Shown here one piece after another: positions 40,865 through 54,196 of a DNA stretch of 64,000 nucleotides. Within the stretch, counting starts at the first letter, position 1. The number at the start of each line of letters is the position of its first letter. This DNA is from Octopus vulgaris (Eukaryota). A program made the translations under genes and the position numbers. Below the pieces are notes generated by a model, which worked only from the letters and a program-made list of their open reading frames with translations, was not told where the DNA came from and did not search any database. The stretch is taken from NCBI GenBank assembly GCA_951406725.2, contig OX597834.1, positions 41,292,001 to 41,356,000 on the forward strand, read 5' to 3'.

Positions 40865-41423
40865 TACAACGGGCTTCTTTCAGTTTCCGTCTATCAAATC
40901 CACTCGCACGGCTTTGGCCGGCCCGAGGCAATAGTGAAGACACCCAAAGTGCCACTGAATGGAACCACGTGCTTCGGAAGCAAACTTCTTAAAACACAGC
41001 TACACCTGCGCCCATACATGCATGCATACATGTACGTATGTATGCATGTATGTATGTATGTATGTATGTATGTATGTATGTATGTATGTATGTATCTATG
41101 TATGTATGTATGTATGTATGTATGTATGTATGTATGTATGTATGTATGTATGTATGTATGTGTGTGTATGTATGTATGTATGTATGTATGTATGTATGTA
41201 TGTATGTATGTATGCATCCCTGCATGTATGTATGTATGTTGTCAACCCACCGTTTGATAACCTATGTTGGTTTGTTTAAGTCTCCGCAACTTAGCGGTTC
41301 GGCCAAAGACCGATAGAATAAGTACGAAGATTTAAAAAGTAAGTCCTAGAGTCGAGTCATTCTTCAAGGTGATGCTCCAGCATGGACGCATTCTAATGAT
41401 TGTAACATATAAAAGATAAAAAG

Positions 41424-41425
<2 letters not shown>
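40865..41425. mobile_element. Family C SINE halves in opposite orientation
   Basis: Head (-) 40865-41012, (TATG)n, then tail (+) 41235-41425. Confidence 0.7.
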
Positions 41426-41456
<31 letters not shown>

Positions 41457-41458
41457 TG

Positions 41459-41502
<44 letters not shown>

Positions 41503-42029
41503 AAAAGTGCATGCGTAAATAATTCAACATCACTCTGTATTGGCTGACAAGAGCAAATGTCACATTTCCCTCTTTAGAATTTATACCAAATAATGATGAT
41601 GAGCTTTATAATAATCTTTTCTGGCACGCAGATAGACAGACAGACAGACACATACACACGCGCATACTCATACGTAGGCATGCACACAAAGACACACATG
41701 ACGTCATCAGCGTCATCATCGTCATCATCGTTATCATAATCACTGCCAGTCAATGTAGAGCTGGGTGCAATTTCAATTGAGAACCCTGACGTGACAAAAT
41801 AGCTGAACTAAAATACCGGAAGTACTTTTGTTTGCTCCCCTACTAATTTTGACAATTTCTGTATTGGCCACAAAAGGCCAAATTGTAAGAACAACAAAAA
41901 CGTGTCATGCAAACGGATTTCCAAAATCTATAGGGATGAACCTAGGCATACACACTTTTACACACATACATGTATATATGTGTTTGGGCGTGTGCGTGTG
42001 TGTGTGTGTGTATTTATCATATTGAACGG

Positions 42030-43060
42030 AATATGGGGCAGGCTTTATAACAATATATTAAGGGTGGTCAAAAATGTTTACACATGGGGTCAGGAGACCG
42101 TTACCTGTGTGAGATTAAGGCACGTCGGTGACCCTGACTGTGTTCTACATTGACAACCTTCTGCAAACGAACTGCCCCAAATTTGCCCTAGAGCACTTCC
42201 GTGTTTGGTTGGACCCTGATGTTTACTGCATCATAGGGGTAGAAGGGACCATCAGCTGTATACAGTCTGTAACGTCTGTGTTGGATATAATCTTTCTCCA
42301 TCTCTTCAATCAGCATAATATTTACTTTGTTTTTTGTCACTACATTCAGCTTGTCAATTGAAATTTCCGCACGGAAACTGAATCCGAAAACTGTAAGGCT
42401 CAGATATTCCATGCATTTTGGAACTTTTCTTGGGGTTCCCAACTTACTTCTTACCTGCATTTTTCTTTGGTTACTATTTTTCCTTCTTGTTTTTGACAGT
42501 TCCTCACCGTTATCCACTCTATGGATATTACTGCCATTCGCAGCATCTGGATAGTCCTCTGTTGGAGAAAGAAGCCTTTCGAATTCTCGATCGTCGTCGG
42601 TTCTTGGTACTAGTAGCATATAGGACGAAGCGATTTCATTTCTCCTCTCTGGCTATTTCCAGCAACAGTGATAGCAAAATACATGGTCTTCATCTCTGGG
42701 GCTCTGATGGTATTGCAGTCACTTCTACCACTGATTACTGCTTTCTTTATGCCTTTTTCTTCAGAGCAGAAGGCACTCAAGGAGCCTTTACTACCACACA
42801 TGTAGCCGTAGAGCATTCTGCCTGGAAATATCAGTCCGATTTATCTCCTCTCCAGTTTCCCAATGAGGTTCAACTCCAGGATAGTCAGTATTTTGCTTTT
42901 TGAGGCGAGGTAGGGGTATCATCAGAGCTTTGGACGTCGAAACTGATCCTATCCATTCCCAGTTATGGGCAGGTTACCGCCACTCGCATCACTTTGCTCG
43001 TAATGAGCTGCAAACATTTAATAAGTTTCTTCGCTTCTCCTTCTAATAGAGAACCGTAAG
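42030..43060 (-). pseudogene. Decayed gag/ORF1-like retroelement coding remnant
   Basis: Coding-like composition in broken frames; GYMCGSKGSLSAFC fits a degenerate CX2CX4HX4C zinc knuckle. Confidence 0.4.
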
Positions 43061-43252
43061 TACTTGACAAAATTCCAGATAAATGTGGACTTCCTTGAAG
43101 CTAAAAAGGAAGGTCACAGTGGACAATCAGATACACAGTGTTCAGAAAAATTTAATTAGTTTGAAGGAATGGTTACGACTGGAGCGCCTTGATCGCAGGG
43201 CTCCTGCATCATGGGCAACCTGTAGTTAACCAACAACAATATAAACAAATAC

Positions 43253-43299
<47 letters not shown>

Positions 43300-43454
43300 A
43301 ACACACACACATACACACACACACAACGTATAAAAAGAAGCACGTAAAATTTACTTAATTTGAAATTGTGTGTGTGATAGAATTAAGACGCTATTTTTCA
43401 AAGTCTGCAATGAAACAATTGAAAAAATTTTGCTGTGCAGCAGTGAGTCAATGA

Positions 43455-43583
43455 TAATCCTTCAACTATTGGCACAAGGCCTAAAACTTTTAAGTAGCGG
43501 GTAGTTGATTACATCGACTCTTGTGCTCCACTATACTTATTTTATTGATTCTGAAACGATGAAAGGCAAAACTGACTTCGGTA

Positions 43584-43647
<64 letters not shown>

Positions 43648-43860
43648 TATAATTCTTTCTACTCTAAGAACAAGGTCTGAAATCATATGGGAGAGGGCTA
43701 GTCGATTACACCGGCCCCAGTGCTTGACTTGTACTTATTTTATCGACCCTGAAAGGATGAAAGGCATAATTAAACACGAAGGAATTTGAGCACCTAAGCA
43801 GCTCGAAGAAATGCTTCTAAGCATTTAGACCGTCGTGCTAACCATTCTTACAGCTCACCA
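43455..43860 (-). mobile_element. Two decayed family N SINEs separated by (AAT)n
   Basis: TACTTATTTTATCGACCCTGAAAGGATGAAAGGCA-type core twice. Confidence 0.65.
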
Positions 43861-44916
43861 ACTTTGAAGCATGGATAATAAAAGGAACACTGTCAAGAAC
43901 TAGAAATACTCGCTAGCTATCATTCTCTTTTACTGTTTCCTCTTCCATCCATTTTCGCCACCGATTTTTGCTGCGATAGTCTTGGGAGTTGAGTCCTTAG
44001 CCGCCTCCTCCATAATTTAGTTGGACAGACTTTGAGATCAAACCTAACATTTGCCGTCTTTTCTGAATTACTAAACGCTTTATAGAGAGGGCCTTAACGT
44101 GTTGGAAGAGCTTTAAGGAAAAGATATATTTCAGTATTTTTCGTTTTTTTTTTCTCAAAGTCAAAAGTCACACTGATCTTGTCGGAAGTAATTCTGGATT
44201 TAATGAAGCTACTAGCATTGTCGCGGTGTGAACTATCCCCTAGGGGAAACGGAAGAGGATGTAGGCAACGAAACGTGTATGTGTGTGTGTGCATATGTGA
44301 GAGAAATAGAATATGTGTATATGTGTGCATGTGTGCATGTGTGTGTATATGTGTATGTGTGAGAGAGAAAGAGAGAGAGAGGAAGAGAGAGAGAGTGTGT
44401 GCGCCTTTAAATGAATATCTGCGTGTATCTGACCTTGTATTGTCTGTGTAATTATGTATTTGTGTAGGACTTTATATATTTGCCTTAGTGCTTAGTATAT
44501 ATGTATGCATTTGTAGATGTATATATACAGGCAAACCAAACAAATTGGAAGGGTCATTACTGCATAGGTTAAAATGCCGTGCGGTTTCTGTTCTTCCTCT
44601 GTGCACATTAAGTTCAAAACCTACCAACGTCAACTTTGCCTTTGATCTTTTGAGGGTCAATAAACAAAGTACCAGTTGAGGACAATGGAAAACTAAATTG
44701 TTAGAGCGCCAGACAACATGCCTTGTTGCGTCCTTTTCTTGTCTGTGCACTGAGTTCAGGTTTTCTACTTTACATGTGTCCCATTAATAGTAAGGGTCAT
44801 TGTAAAACATCGCCCATTGTGTTCGACGTAAAGAGTTTGCCTATGAAACTCCAATTAACTCACTGGTTTAATATAGAATCAGTTCCTTCAAGGAATTCTC
44901 CAGGATTTTCATATAT

Positions 44917-45242
44917 AGGCGCGTGGCTCAGTAGTTAGGGCATTCAGTTCACGATCGTTAAGGTCGTGTGTTCAATTCCCGGCGATGCGTTGTGTCCTTG
45001 AGCAAGACACTTTATTTCACGCTGCTCCTGTCCACTCAGCTGGCAAAAATGAGTGGTACCTGTATTTCAAAAAGAGCCGGTCTTGTTACACTTTGTGTCA
45101 CGCTGAATCACCCTGAAAACTACGTAAAGGGTACACGTGTGACTGTGGAGTGCTCAGCCACTTACACGTTCATTTCATGAGCAAGCTGTTCCGTTGATCG
45201 AACCAGCTGGAACCCTCGTCGTCGTAACCGACGGAGTGCTCC
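44917..45242 (+). mobile_element. Full SINE, head B + tail T1
   Basis: GGCGCGTGGCTCAGTAGTTAGGG...GTTCAATTCCCGG...CCCTCGTCGTCGTAACCGACGGAGTGCTCC then (TA)n. Confidence 0.85.
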
Positions 45243-45342
<100 letters not shown>

Positions 45343-45378
45343 GTATATATATATATATATATACGTATATATATATAC

Positions 45379-45448
<70 letters not shown>

Positions 45449-46164
45449 TTATTTATATGTCTATGAATTGTTCTTATTGTTAACCCCAGTTCAATCGTTC
45501 TAAACACACCGAAACACAAGCATGCTAAAGTGTTTTCAGCAGATACCATAATTGCTTTCTACACAATGTATTTAGAATTACATTATCCCGTGTATCTTTT
45601 CTTCCCCAAGACGGTAACTTGAAGGCAATTTGACTGCTTTTTTTTAAAAAGCAAGTCTAGCGTCCACGTAGACGTTTTCTCTTTGGTTTGTGTGTCTGTG
45701 CATATAAATATGTAAATAAATGTATATTTGATGTTCAAGTCTGTGGTGAGAATCATGAATCATCTCCCCCTAATTTGTAGCTCTCCGTCTATCTTAGAAG
45801 CAATTAATCTGATTACTTATGATAATTTCTTTTATATTCCAATTTTAATTACGATTCGTTGAAAGCGTTTGATTTCTTTATGTTCATTCGTAAACCGGTT
45901 TCTTTAGAAATATCGAATAAATCTATAATTTAGAGTGGAATAAATTATTTTGCTGTGAGAATGAAAAGAAATCTATCGTTTCGCGAAGAATCCATTTCTT
46001 TCCGACGAAATGTCTGCTCTGAAGTTTACGCTTCCCTTCTTCATTGTTGAATAGTTTTTGGCATTTCGCAAATTTTCTGCTCACTATTTGCTAACGAAAA
46101 CAATCAGAGGAGTTTAATCTGATTCTACTGTTTCATTTTTATAATTAAAGCTCGTACTGTGTCA

Positions 46165-46465
46165 GTTACTACGATGAGAATTCCAGTTGAACGGATCAAT
46201 GGATGAGTCTGCTCGTGAAATAAACGTGCGAGTAACTGAGCAATCCACAAATTTGCGAACCCTTAACGTGGTTCTCAGTGAGATTGAGCGTGACACAGAA
46301 TGTGGTAAGGCTGGTTCTCTTGAATTACAAGTGCGATTCATTTTTGTCAGCTGAGTAGACTGGAGCAACGCGAAATAAAGTGTCCTGCTCAAAGACATAA
46401 ATGTCGTCAGGATTCGATCTCACGACCGTGAGCCCAATAACCTAAGCACTAAGTCACGGGCCTTG
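46165..46465 (-). mobile_element. Decayed SINE, head B + tail T1
   Basis: Reverse-complement match to 44917-45242. Confidence 0.75.
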
Positions 46466-46734
46466 CAATCTTATAATATGTTTGCGCATGCGTTATTTGC
46501 TGCTGTTGCATGTAACTCCGGATTGTCTCTGAGCGAACCGACTCCTAATCACAAGTGTTCAAATCTATGTCTATTCCGTTCTTTTATCGGACTATGTGCA
46601 TAGAAGACAAACTACATTATCGTCTTTTGAAAACAGTAGACAGTAATTTGAACAAAATTTAGTTCCACAAGAAAGGTGGCTCGCTGCGCCGAAATATATG
46701 AAATATGTGAATATATAATATTATTATTGTTTGA

Positions 46735-46965
46735 AGGCGGCGAGCTGGCAGAAACGTTAGCACACCAGGCAAAATACTTAGCAGTACTTTGTCTGCCGCT
46801 ACGTTCTGAGTTCAAATTCCGCCGAGGTCGACTTTGCCTTTCATCCTTTCGGGTTCGATTAAATAAGTACCAGTTCCGCACTGGGGTCGATATAATCAAC
46901 TTAATACGTCTGTCTGTCCTTGTTTGTCCCCTCTATGTTTAACCCCTTGTGGGCAGGAAAGAAAT
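46735..46965 (+). mobile_element. Family N SINE
   Basis: Full-length match to 24814-25044. Confidence 0.88.
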
Positions 46966-47238
46966 TCATTTACAACATTATACGAATCAAAGTAAGTTTG
47001 GAAGAGTTTAACAAACGTTAAAGTCAAAGAAATTTTACAAACAATAAAAAAGCAAAAGAAAAGAACAAAAATAAAAGAAAATTTTTTGACCAATGAAAAG
47101 AGAGTGTTGACAAAAAAACCCCAAAAACAAAACAAAGCAGCTGTTTGTAATTGTAGCATACAATGACGAAAATACTGTCTGTTATAATTTTCTCTCCTTC
47201 ACTTTGTCTCTCTTCATAAATGTATATATACGTATAAT

Positions 47239-47580
47239 TCCAGCGTGGAAGGTGTTTATAAGCCATTAAAAAACACACACAAAAACCGTTAGATTCACTT
47301 CAACATTTAAATTTAATTTGTCAAAACATATTCGTCGTTTTGAAACCGCGATCTGTTCACTGACAAAATTCCGAGCTGCGTGGAATTTTGTCAGTGAACA
47401 GGTCGCGGTTTCAAACCAACGAAAATGTTTTGACAAATTAAATTTAAATGTTGAAGTGAATCTAACGGTTTTTTTTTGTGTTTTTAAATGGTTTATAAAC
47501 ACCTTCCACGCTACAACTGTGTTTGTTTCAGCACATGATCTCACATCAAGTCACTTGCTATGCAAGTTCAAAACCGTAAT
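47239..47580. mobile_element. Palindromic element with a G3-C8 hammerhead variant in each arm
   Basis: ~135-bp arms centred near 47377; + strand 47387-47437 UUUGUCA-GUGAACA-G-GUCGC...CCAAC-GAAA-AUGU-UU-UGACAAA. Confidence 0.75.
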
Positions 47581-47695
47581 ATATTTAATCTTCATTGGCA
47601 GTTTGATAAGTGCCAGTGCACGAAACTCTCGGCCCTTCAGTCGTCCGTAAGTTCTACCGATTTATAATAATAATGATGATAATAATAATAATAAT

Positions 47696-47761
<66 letters not shown>

Positions 47762-48082
47762 GGGGTAAAGACCCCCTTCGGTTATGAATGACCATGGGAT
47801 TGCACCGAGAAAGTTACCCTCCTAGACACAAGTCTGGGCAAGGTTGTCACCCATGCATACCAGCCTCTTCTTCCCACATCACCAATGTTATCCAAGGGAA
47901 AGACAAAGGTCGATACAGCTTGGCACCAGCGACGTCGCAACTCATTTCTACAGATGAGTGAACTGGAGCAACGTAAAATAAAGTGCCTTGCTCAAGAACA
48001 CAACACGCAGCCCGGTCCGGGATTCGAGCTCACAACCTCACGATCGTAAGCTCGACGCTCTAACCACTGAGCCATGCGCCTT
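47762..48082 (-). mobile_element. SINE head B + tail T3, in (TA)n
   Basis: Homologous to 57043-57358: TTATCCAAGGGAA...GATACAGCTTGGCACC..GACGTCGCAACTCATTTCTACAG. Confidence 0.85.
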
Positions 48083-48096
48083 CATACATACATCAT

Positions 48097-48252
<156 letters not shown>

Positions 48253-48439
48253 CGTTCTATATTCTTGTTTTTATCACCAAACCCATGCGTACTCACAAGT
48301 TAGACAGATAAATATATAACGTATATTAAATACAGAAAATACAAAAAAAAAAAACTCCCAAAAATGTTATAACTGTATACATATCAAAAGGGCCAACTTA
48401 CACAGAGTAGAAATGATATAGAGAATTAAAGGGAATGTT

Positions 48440-48732
48440 AGTTTCTTTTGCCGAACCGCTACGTTACAGGGACGTAAACACACAAGCATCGGTTGTCAAG
48501 CGATGTTGGGGGAACAAACACAGAAAGAAACAATCACACAGACACAGACACATACACGCATATATATACGACGGGATTCTTTTAGTCTCCGTTTACCAAA
48601 TTCACCCACAAGGGTTCGGTCGGCCAGAGGCTATAGTAGAAGACACTTGTCCAAGGTGTCACGCAGTGGGACTGAACCCAGAACCATGTGGTTGGTAAGC
48701 AAGCTACTTACCACAGAGCCACCCCTGCGCCT
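48440..48732 (-). mobile_element. Family C SINE, 3'-truncated
   Basis: Reverse-complement match to 34892-35175. Confidence 0.82.
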
Positions 48733-48740
48733 ACACACAC

Positions 48741-48818
<78 letters not shown>

Positions 48819-50056
48819 ACACAAAATACAAAATGGGGCAAGAACACAAAACATCCGGAGTTAGGTGATACAATAATGGGACAACAAAATATCCAGATAG
48901 ACGATACAAAGAAAACAAAAGGACGGGTCATTCGAACTTTTCTTTTCTCAGTCAAGTACCAGATTATCTTCGCAATTTCGGGTGATTATACTTGCGATTG
49001 CTCCAATCTGGCCAATATACAGACCAATGAAATGAAGACAAAAATTTCTTTAACACATCTTTAATTATATGTTACAAATGTTTACGTACCATCTTCATTT
49101 TCAACGCCTTAAAATACTCAGCAAACACGGAGCAAGAACAAATTTTCAAGAAGCAATCATAAATGACCCCGAATGAAGCGATGATACAAAAAAAATCGGT
49201 GGGTAACATTTAGATTTATGACTGCTGTTCAGAGCCGACACTCTGGCTTTGACACCCAATTGAAATTTCCAATGAAACACAACTTCATGACATACTGCTA
49301 AAATAGCGATTTCCGGAAATTAGAGAGCAAATTGAACAGACAACATTGTGTATTTATATCTTTTTACATACAGTACATGTGTATGTATTTGTTAGTATAG
49401 ATGTATGTATGAATATATGTGTATATATATATATATATATGTATGTATGTTCATACCTATATCTATGTATGTATTTGTGCGTATGCATGGTGTGTGCGTT
49501 TGCGCTGCATTTTGATGTGCGTTGTGTTTTAGCATGCGAGAGTTTGTATCCTCTCTCCATTATTAACATTGTCAGTTTGACCTTTCGTTAACACGAAATT
49601 CGGTTTCCAGTGTGCAGCACCGCCCAGGATGTCATAAACAAGGATTACAATTTCATGATGATATGAGATACATACTCTAGAAAATCTGGGAACCTTGTGA
49701 CGATTCTGCTCAACATTTTGTTATAATGATGAGATAGATAATATTATGTCACATTTAAAAACACCTCTCAATTGATCTTTAACCAACAACGAGCCAACAA
49801 CGTAGCATCTGCATGGTCTTCTTGATTTACTACAAATAGCAACCAAATCTTATTCAAATTATACAGCCTGATGTCTAAGATAAAAAGACGCAAGACATTA
49901 AATAATCCAAGCCTAGTTGTACGTCTAAAATGCAACTGTGAATCAAGCAGGGTCTATATGTAGGGAGAGTTTACGAAAAAGAAAAACAAAAGACGAAGAC
50001 AGGTGGTGTAGAAAACAAACAGATGTATTAGTATAACGCTCAGGAATAGAATAAGT

Positions 50057-50092
50057 CTTTTACGTTTCGAGCCTACGCTCTTCTACAGAAAG
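50057..50092 (-). ncRNA. Hammerhead-like motif, A6U variant with palindromic ACGU stem III
   Basis: Minus strand CUUU-CUGUAGA-A-GAGC(GUAG)GCUC-GAAA-CG-UA-AAAG. Confidence 0.55.
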
Positions 50093-51284
50093 GGACACAG
50101 AAAAAACAAGGAGAGAAAAAAGAAGAGAAAAAAACAAGGAGAGAAAAAAAAGGAGAGAAAAAAGGAAAGAAAAAAAAGGAGAGAAAAAAGGAGAGAAAAA
50201 AGGAGAGAAAAAAGGAGCCAGCATAAAAAGAGGTGACACGCAACTGGCTAGCATGTGAAATAGCCGGTGCGAAACCGCCGGTAACATTCTAACCAGTGAC
50301 ATGCCACAACTAGTAACATACTGCTGACGGCCCGCGCGCGTAACACACACAAACAACATTTATATTTCAATAAGCTGTCTATTTAGCGTTTAAAATCGGC
50401 GGAAATGATGTCAACTTGCACTTTAGCTTAATGTGTATGCGTGAGTGTGTGTGCGCGTGTATACACGTAGACACCCACACTCACACATACGCATACACAA
50501 CACACTCATAATAATTCTGCTTGTCATTCCGTTACTTAGCCCTTCGGTAACGTTTTATCGTGATTAGAGAAATAAAGGGAGAAAAAAGAGGGAGAGAGAA
50601 GCGTCCATCACGCTACAATAATTTTCTTTCGTGTCAATAAATGTTTATGTTAATTTAAAAGATTTCCCAAATTCGTTGTATGCACACAGTCTTTTTGGAT
50701 GTACGGTCTTCCATACTTTCTTAATCTCTATCGTCTGGCACAAGATAATACCTTTTATTGTGATTAAATTGACTGGAAACACCGTACGCGATGAATATCC
50801 ATTACCAAACAATCTTAATCTCTATATTTAAGCTACATTAACCTTTAACAAGCTTACCTTTTCCTATTCTGTGTTACCTGAAAGGTGATGTTCCATTTCC
50901 TTTCTTCTATTTGTTAATACCTTTGTTTACCTACGAATGCGTTTTTCCACTTTATGGATTCTTATTTACCTATCCATTATGATATTCCTACTGTTGTCCA
51001 TTGTTTCAAATACGTTTTAGCATTGAGGCTCTAACCTTTCTTTAAACATTCGCATATGATTTGTCCCAAAGAAACAACTTTTAAATAAGTGTTTTGCTTT
51101 CACTACCAAAAGCTATACGTATCATCTAGAAAGCTCCGTACCAGTTTCACTTTATGCGGCATTCGCTGTTTCTTTATGCGCAGGCTGTGGGAAGACAGAA
51201 TAAAGGGGCTTTTGTTAGCTTATAACAGAATCGATGATCACTTGGTACACTAAAACCCATTTTCCTTTTCCAGATAATACAAGC

Positions 51285-51545
51285 ATGCCACCTAAAAAGA
51301 GAGCACGCATTCGCAGAAAGTCTTCTGCAGCGGCAAGACTGCAGCGCTGGCAGGTTATGGAAGCTAAGGACCAGAGATCCTGTGGACTGTTGAAAAGAGC
51401 TGCCGCTGCTAGAACTGTATCTGCTCCTGAGCAGCGTGAAACCTACCGAGTGCGTGCTGCTGGCACAAGGGCCGCAGAACCCCACAAAAGGGTGCTATCC
51501 GTCGGGCACACCACGCGGCATCCACTTCCGTTACGAGGGCTGAAG
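51285..51545 (+). mobile_element. Possible Helitron RepHel N-terminal remnant
   Basis: MPPKKRARIRRKSSAAARLQR...PEQRETYRVRAAGTRAAE resembles the basic, RAAET-repeat N-terminus of animal Helitron proteins; abuts a Helitron end. Confidence 0.4.
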
Positions 51546-51548
51546 AAG

Positions 51549-52050
51549 CAGTATCGCCCGGCGTTGCTCGGGTTTGTAAGGGAAATAACTATATAAGCAT
51601 TTTTAGAGAGTTACTTCCCTTATAAATTCGGGCTTTCTTAGCCATTTTTGTTTTGGTGTCTTCAAGCCACGAAGTCGTTGTTCTAAAAGAACGCTGGTTT
51701 CCTTCACAACGCATTACGACGTTGATTTCTTTACACTCCCTTCCCCACAGCTTCACGAGGGAGGGAAGGGGGAGAAGCAAACAGGTGCAGCTGTGAGCGT
51801 GGACGCCAACTCCGCCGCCATCGACATACGATGCATTTTATGCATTAAAATGGAATAAAAAATGATGTTAAATTATTTTTTAAATCGTAGACTCATCGTT
51901 GACGCGCGCTAATAGTCAGACGGGCTCGATATGAATCACGACTATAAGATACCCGAATTTGGTTAAACTGCACCGCAAAATGTGGGAGGAGTTAGGAATC
52001 TAAATCGAAGGGGACAGACACTCACACAACTAGAGTTTTATATATATAGA
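51549..52050 (-). mobile_element. Non-autonomous Helitron related to 5017-5412
   Basis: GCAGTATCGCCCGGCGTTGCTCGGGTTTGT shared; other end reads TCTATATATATAAAAC on the minus strand. Confidence 0.7.
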
Positions 52051-52067
52051 TATGTATATAAATATAA

Positions 52068-52123
<56 letters not shown>

Positions 52124-52183
52124 CACCCGCACATACACAATGTGTATATGTGATATAATGTGCGACAATTATTCGGTTGCCAT

Positions 52184-52244
52184 AATAAAACTCCGAGTTT
52201 CAGATGTCGGAGCGGAAACCTGCACCGGCATCTCTTCAGTTATC
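52184..52244 (-). ncRNA. Type I hammerhead ribozyme (same family as 25831)
   Basis: Minus strand GAUAA-CUGAAGA-GAUG(22 nt)CAUC-U-GAAA-CUC(G)GAG-UU-UUAUU. Confidence 0.7.
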
Positions 52245-52291
52245 GAGGCAATCAAAATATGCTATGAGAATGACCGTTAGTATTACTATAC

Positions 52292-52357
<66 letters not shown>

Positions 52358-52928
52358 GTACAGCCCACGCATACTAAATAGCAACGCAGTCTTGTAAGTC
52401 ATTTTTTGAAGCTCCTGTGTACATCCCATAATTTTTAACATTCGCCAGAGAGTCTGGTTTATCCACTCTACGTATTTCTTTTCACCTGGTGACGTCATCC
52501 GGTTCTCACATCCTATTAAGGTAAATCCACTGTCGCACACACACATAGACAAATTCTGAAAGGGACATAAATTCAAACACACACACACACACACACATCA
52601 ACACAAACAGGGACACATCCATAAACTCATACACGCTAGGAAGAGTATCGCAAGCAAGATCTTAAACACGTTTACTTAACGGCCAAAGGTGAATAGATCA
52701 TGAAGACAGCACACACAGATTTGCATAGGGATGTGTACCTCAGCGCCTCAGGGAGTGTGTGCGTTCGTTTGTTTGTGTGTGTGTGTGTGTGTGTTTGGGT
52801 CTATTTGTGTACGTATGTAAGATAGGGTCGTATGACACACTCACACACATACAATTGCATACATATATCTTGCTCACCGATTTTCTTTCTCCCACATACC
52901 CAGCGCCTTCTAATCACATACACATTAT

Positions 52929-52995
<67 letters not shown>

Positions 52996-53095
52996 GATAT
53001 ATATAATATATATGTATACATGGTGTATAAGTGTGTGTGTATGCATAATGTATATGTACATATATATGTATGTATATGTGCATTTGTACATGCAT

Positions 53096-53184
<89 letters not shown>

Positions 53185-53283
53185 TACTCTCTTTCTTTTA
53201 CTCTTTTACTTGTTTCAGTCATTTGACTGCGGCCATGCTGGAGCATCGCCTTTAATATATGTATGTATATATATATATATATA

Positions 53284-53401
<118 letters not shown>

Positions 53402-53468
53402 CATGTGTATAAATGCGTGCGTGTATGCATAATGTATGTTTATATATATACATATATATATATATATT

Positions 53469-53514
<46 letters not shown>

Positions 53515-54196
53515 GCACATACGCGCACCTGTACATCTGTAAAGGTGAATGTAATGATATGGACACAATTATACCTGCGAGCGGTGAACATTATCTTCAA
53601 CTCTATGTTTAGTGTTTTTGTTTAATTTTGTTTCTTTACAATGCACAGTTGGGCAGAAAGACGGCTAAGTTTGCCTTGTGTACAACATATATATACATTT
53701 GCAGGCATTCTCCTACATGTATATATATTTACACAATCACCCACAATCGTGTACACAAATACAAAATATTTCCTCTCTCTCTTCTTCTTCTTCTTCTTCT
53801 TCTTCTTCTTCTTCTTCTTCTTCTTCTTCTTCTTCTTCTTCTTCTTCTTCTTCTTCTTCTTCTTCTTCTTCTTCTTCTTCTTCCTCCCTCCCTCTTTCCC
53901 TTCCTCGTCTTCACCCTCTTTCATGCACACACACACTTATGCATATATATATATATATATGTATACAGGCAGACGCACCCGCTAACATTCATATACACCA
54001 CATGTACAGACACACATACACACACACCGCATAGACTTTCCTAGTTTTAGGCACAATTCTGATAATTGCAGATAGATTTAAATATGGAAATTATCACAGA
54101 AATATCAGCGCACGCACACGCACAAACGCACACACACACACACACACATACACACACACACACACACACACATTATATATATGTATGTACATATAT

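Noticed and set aside
50220-50420. CpG-rich promoter-like patch (also the CCAAT motif near 18790 and TGACGTCA near 52490)
   Set aside because: Short motifs expected by chance; no adjacent gene identified
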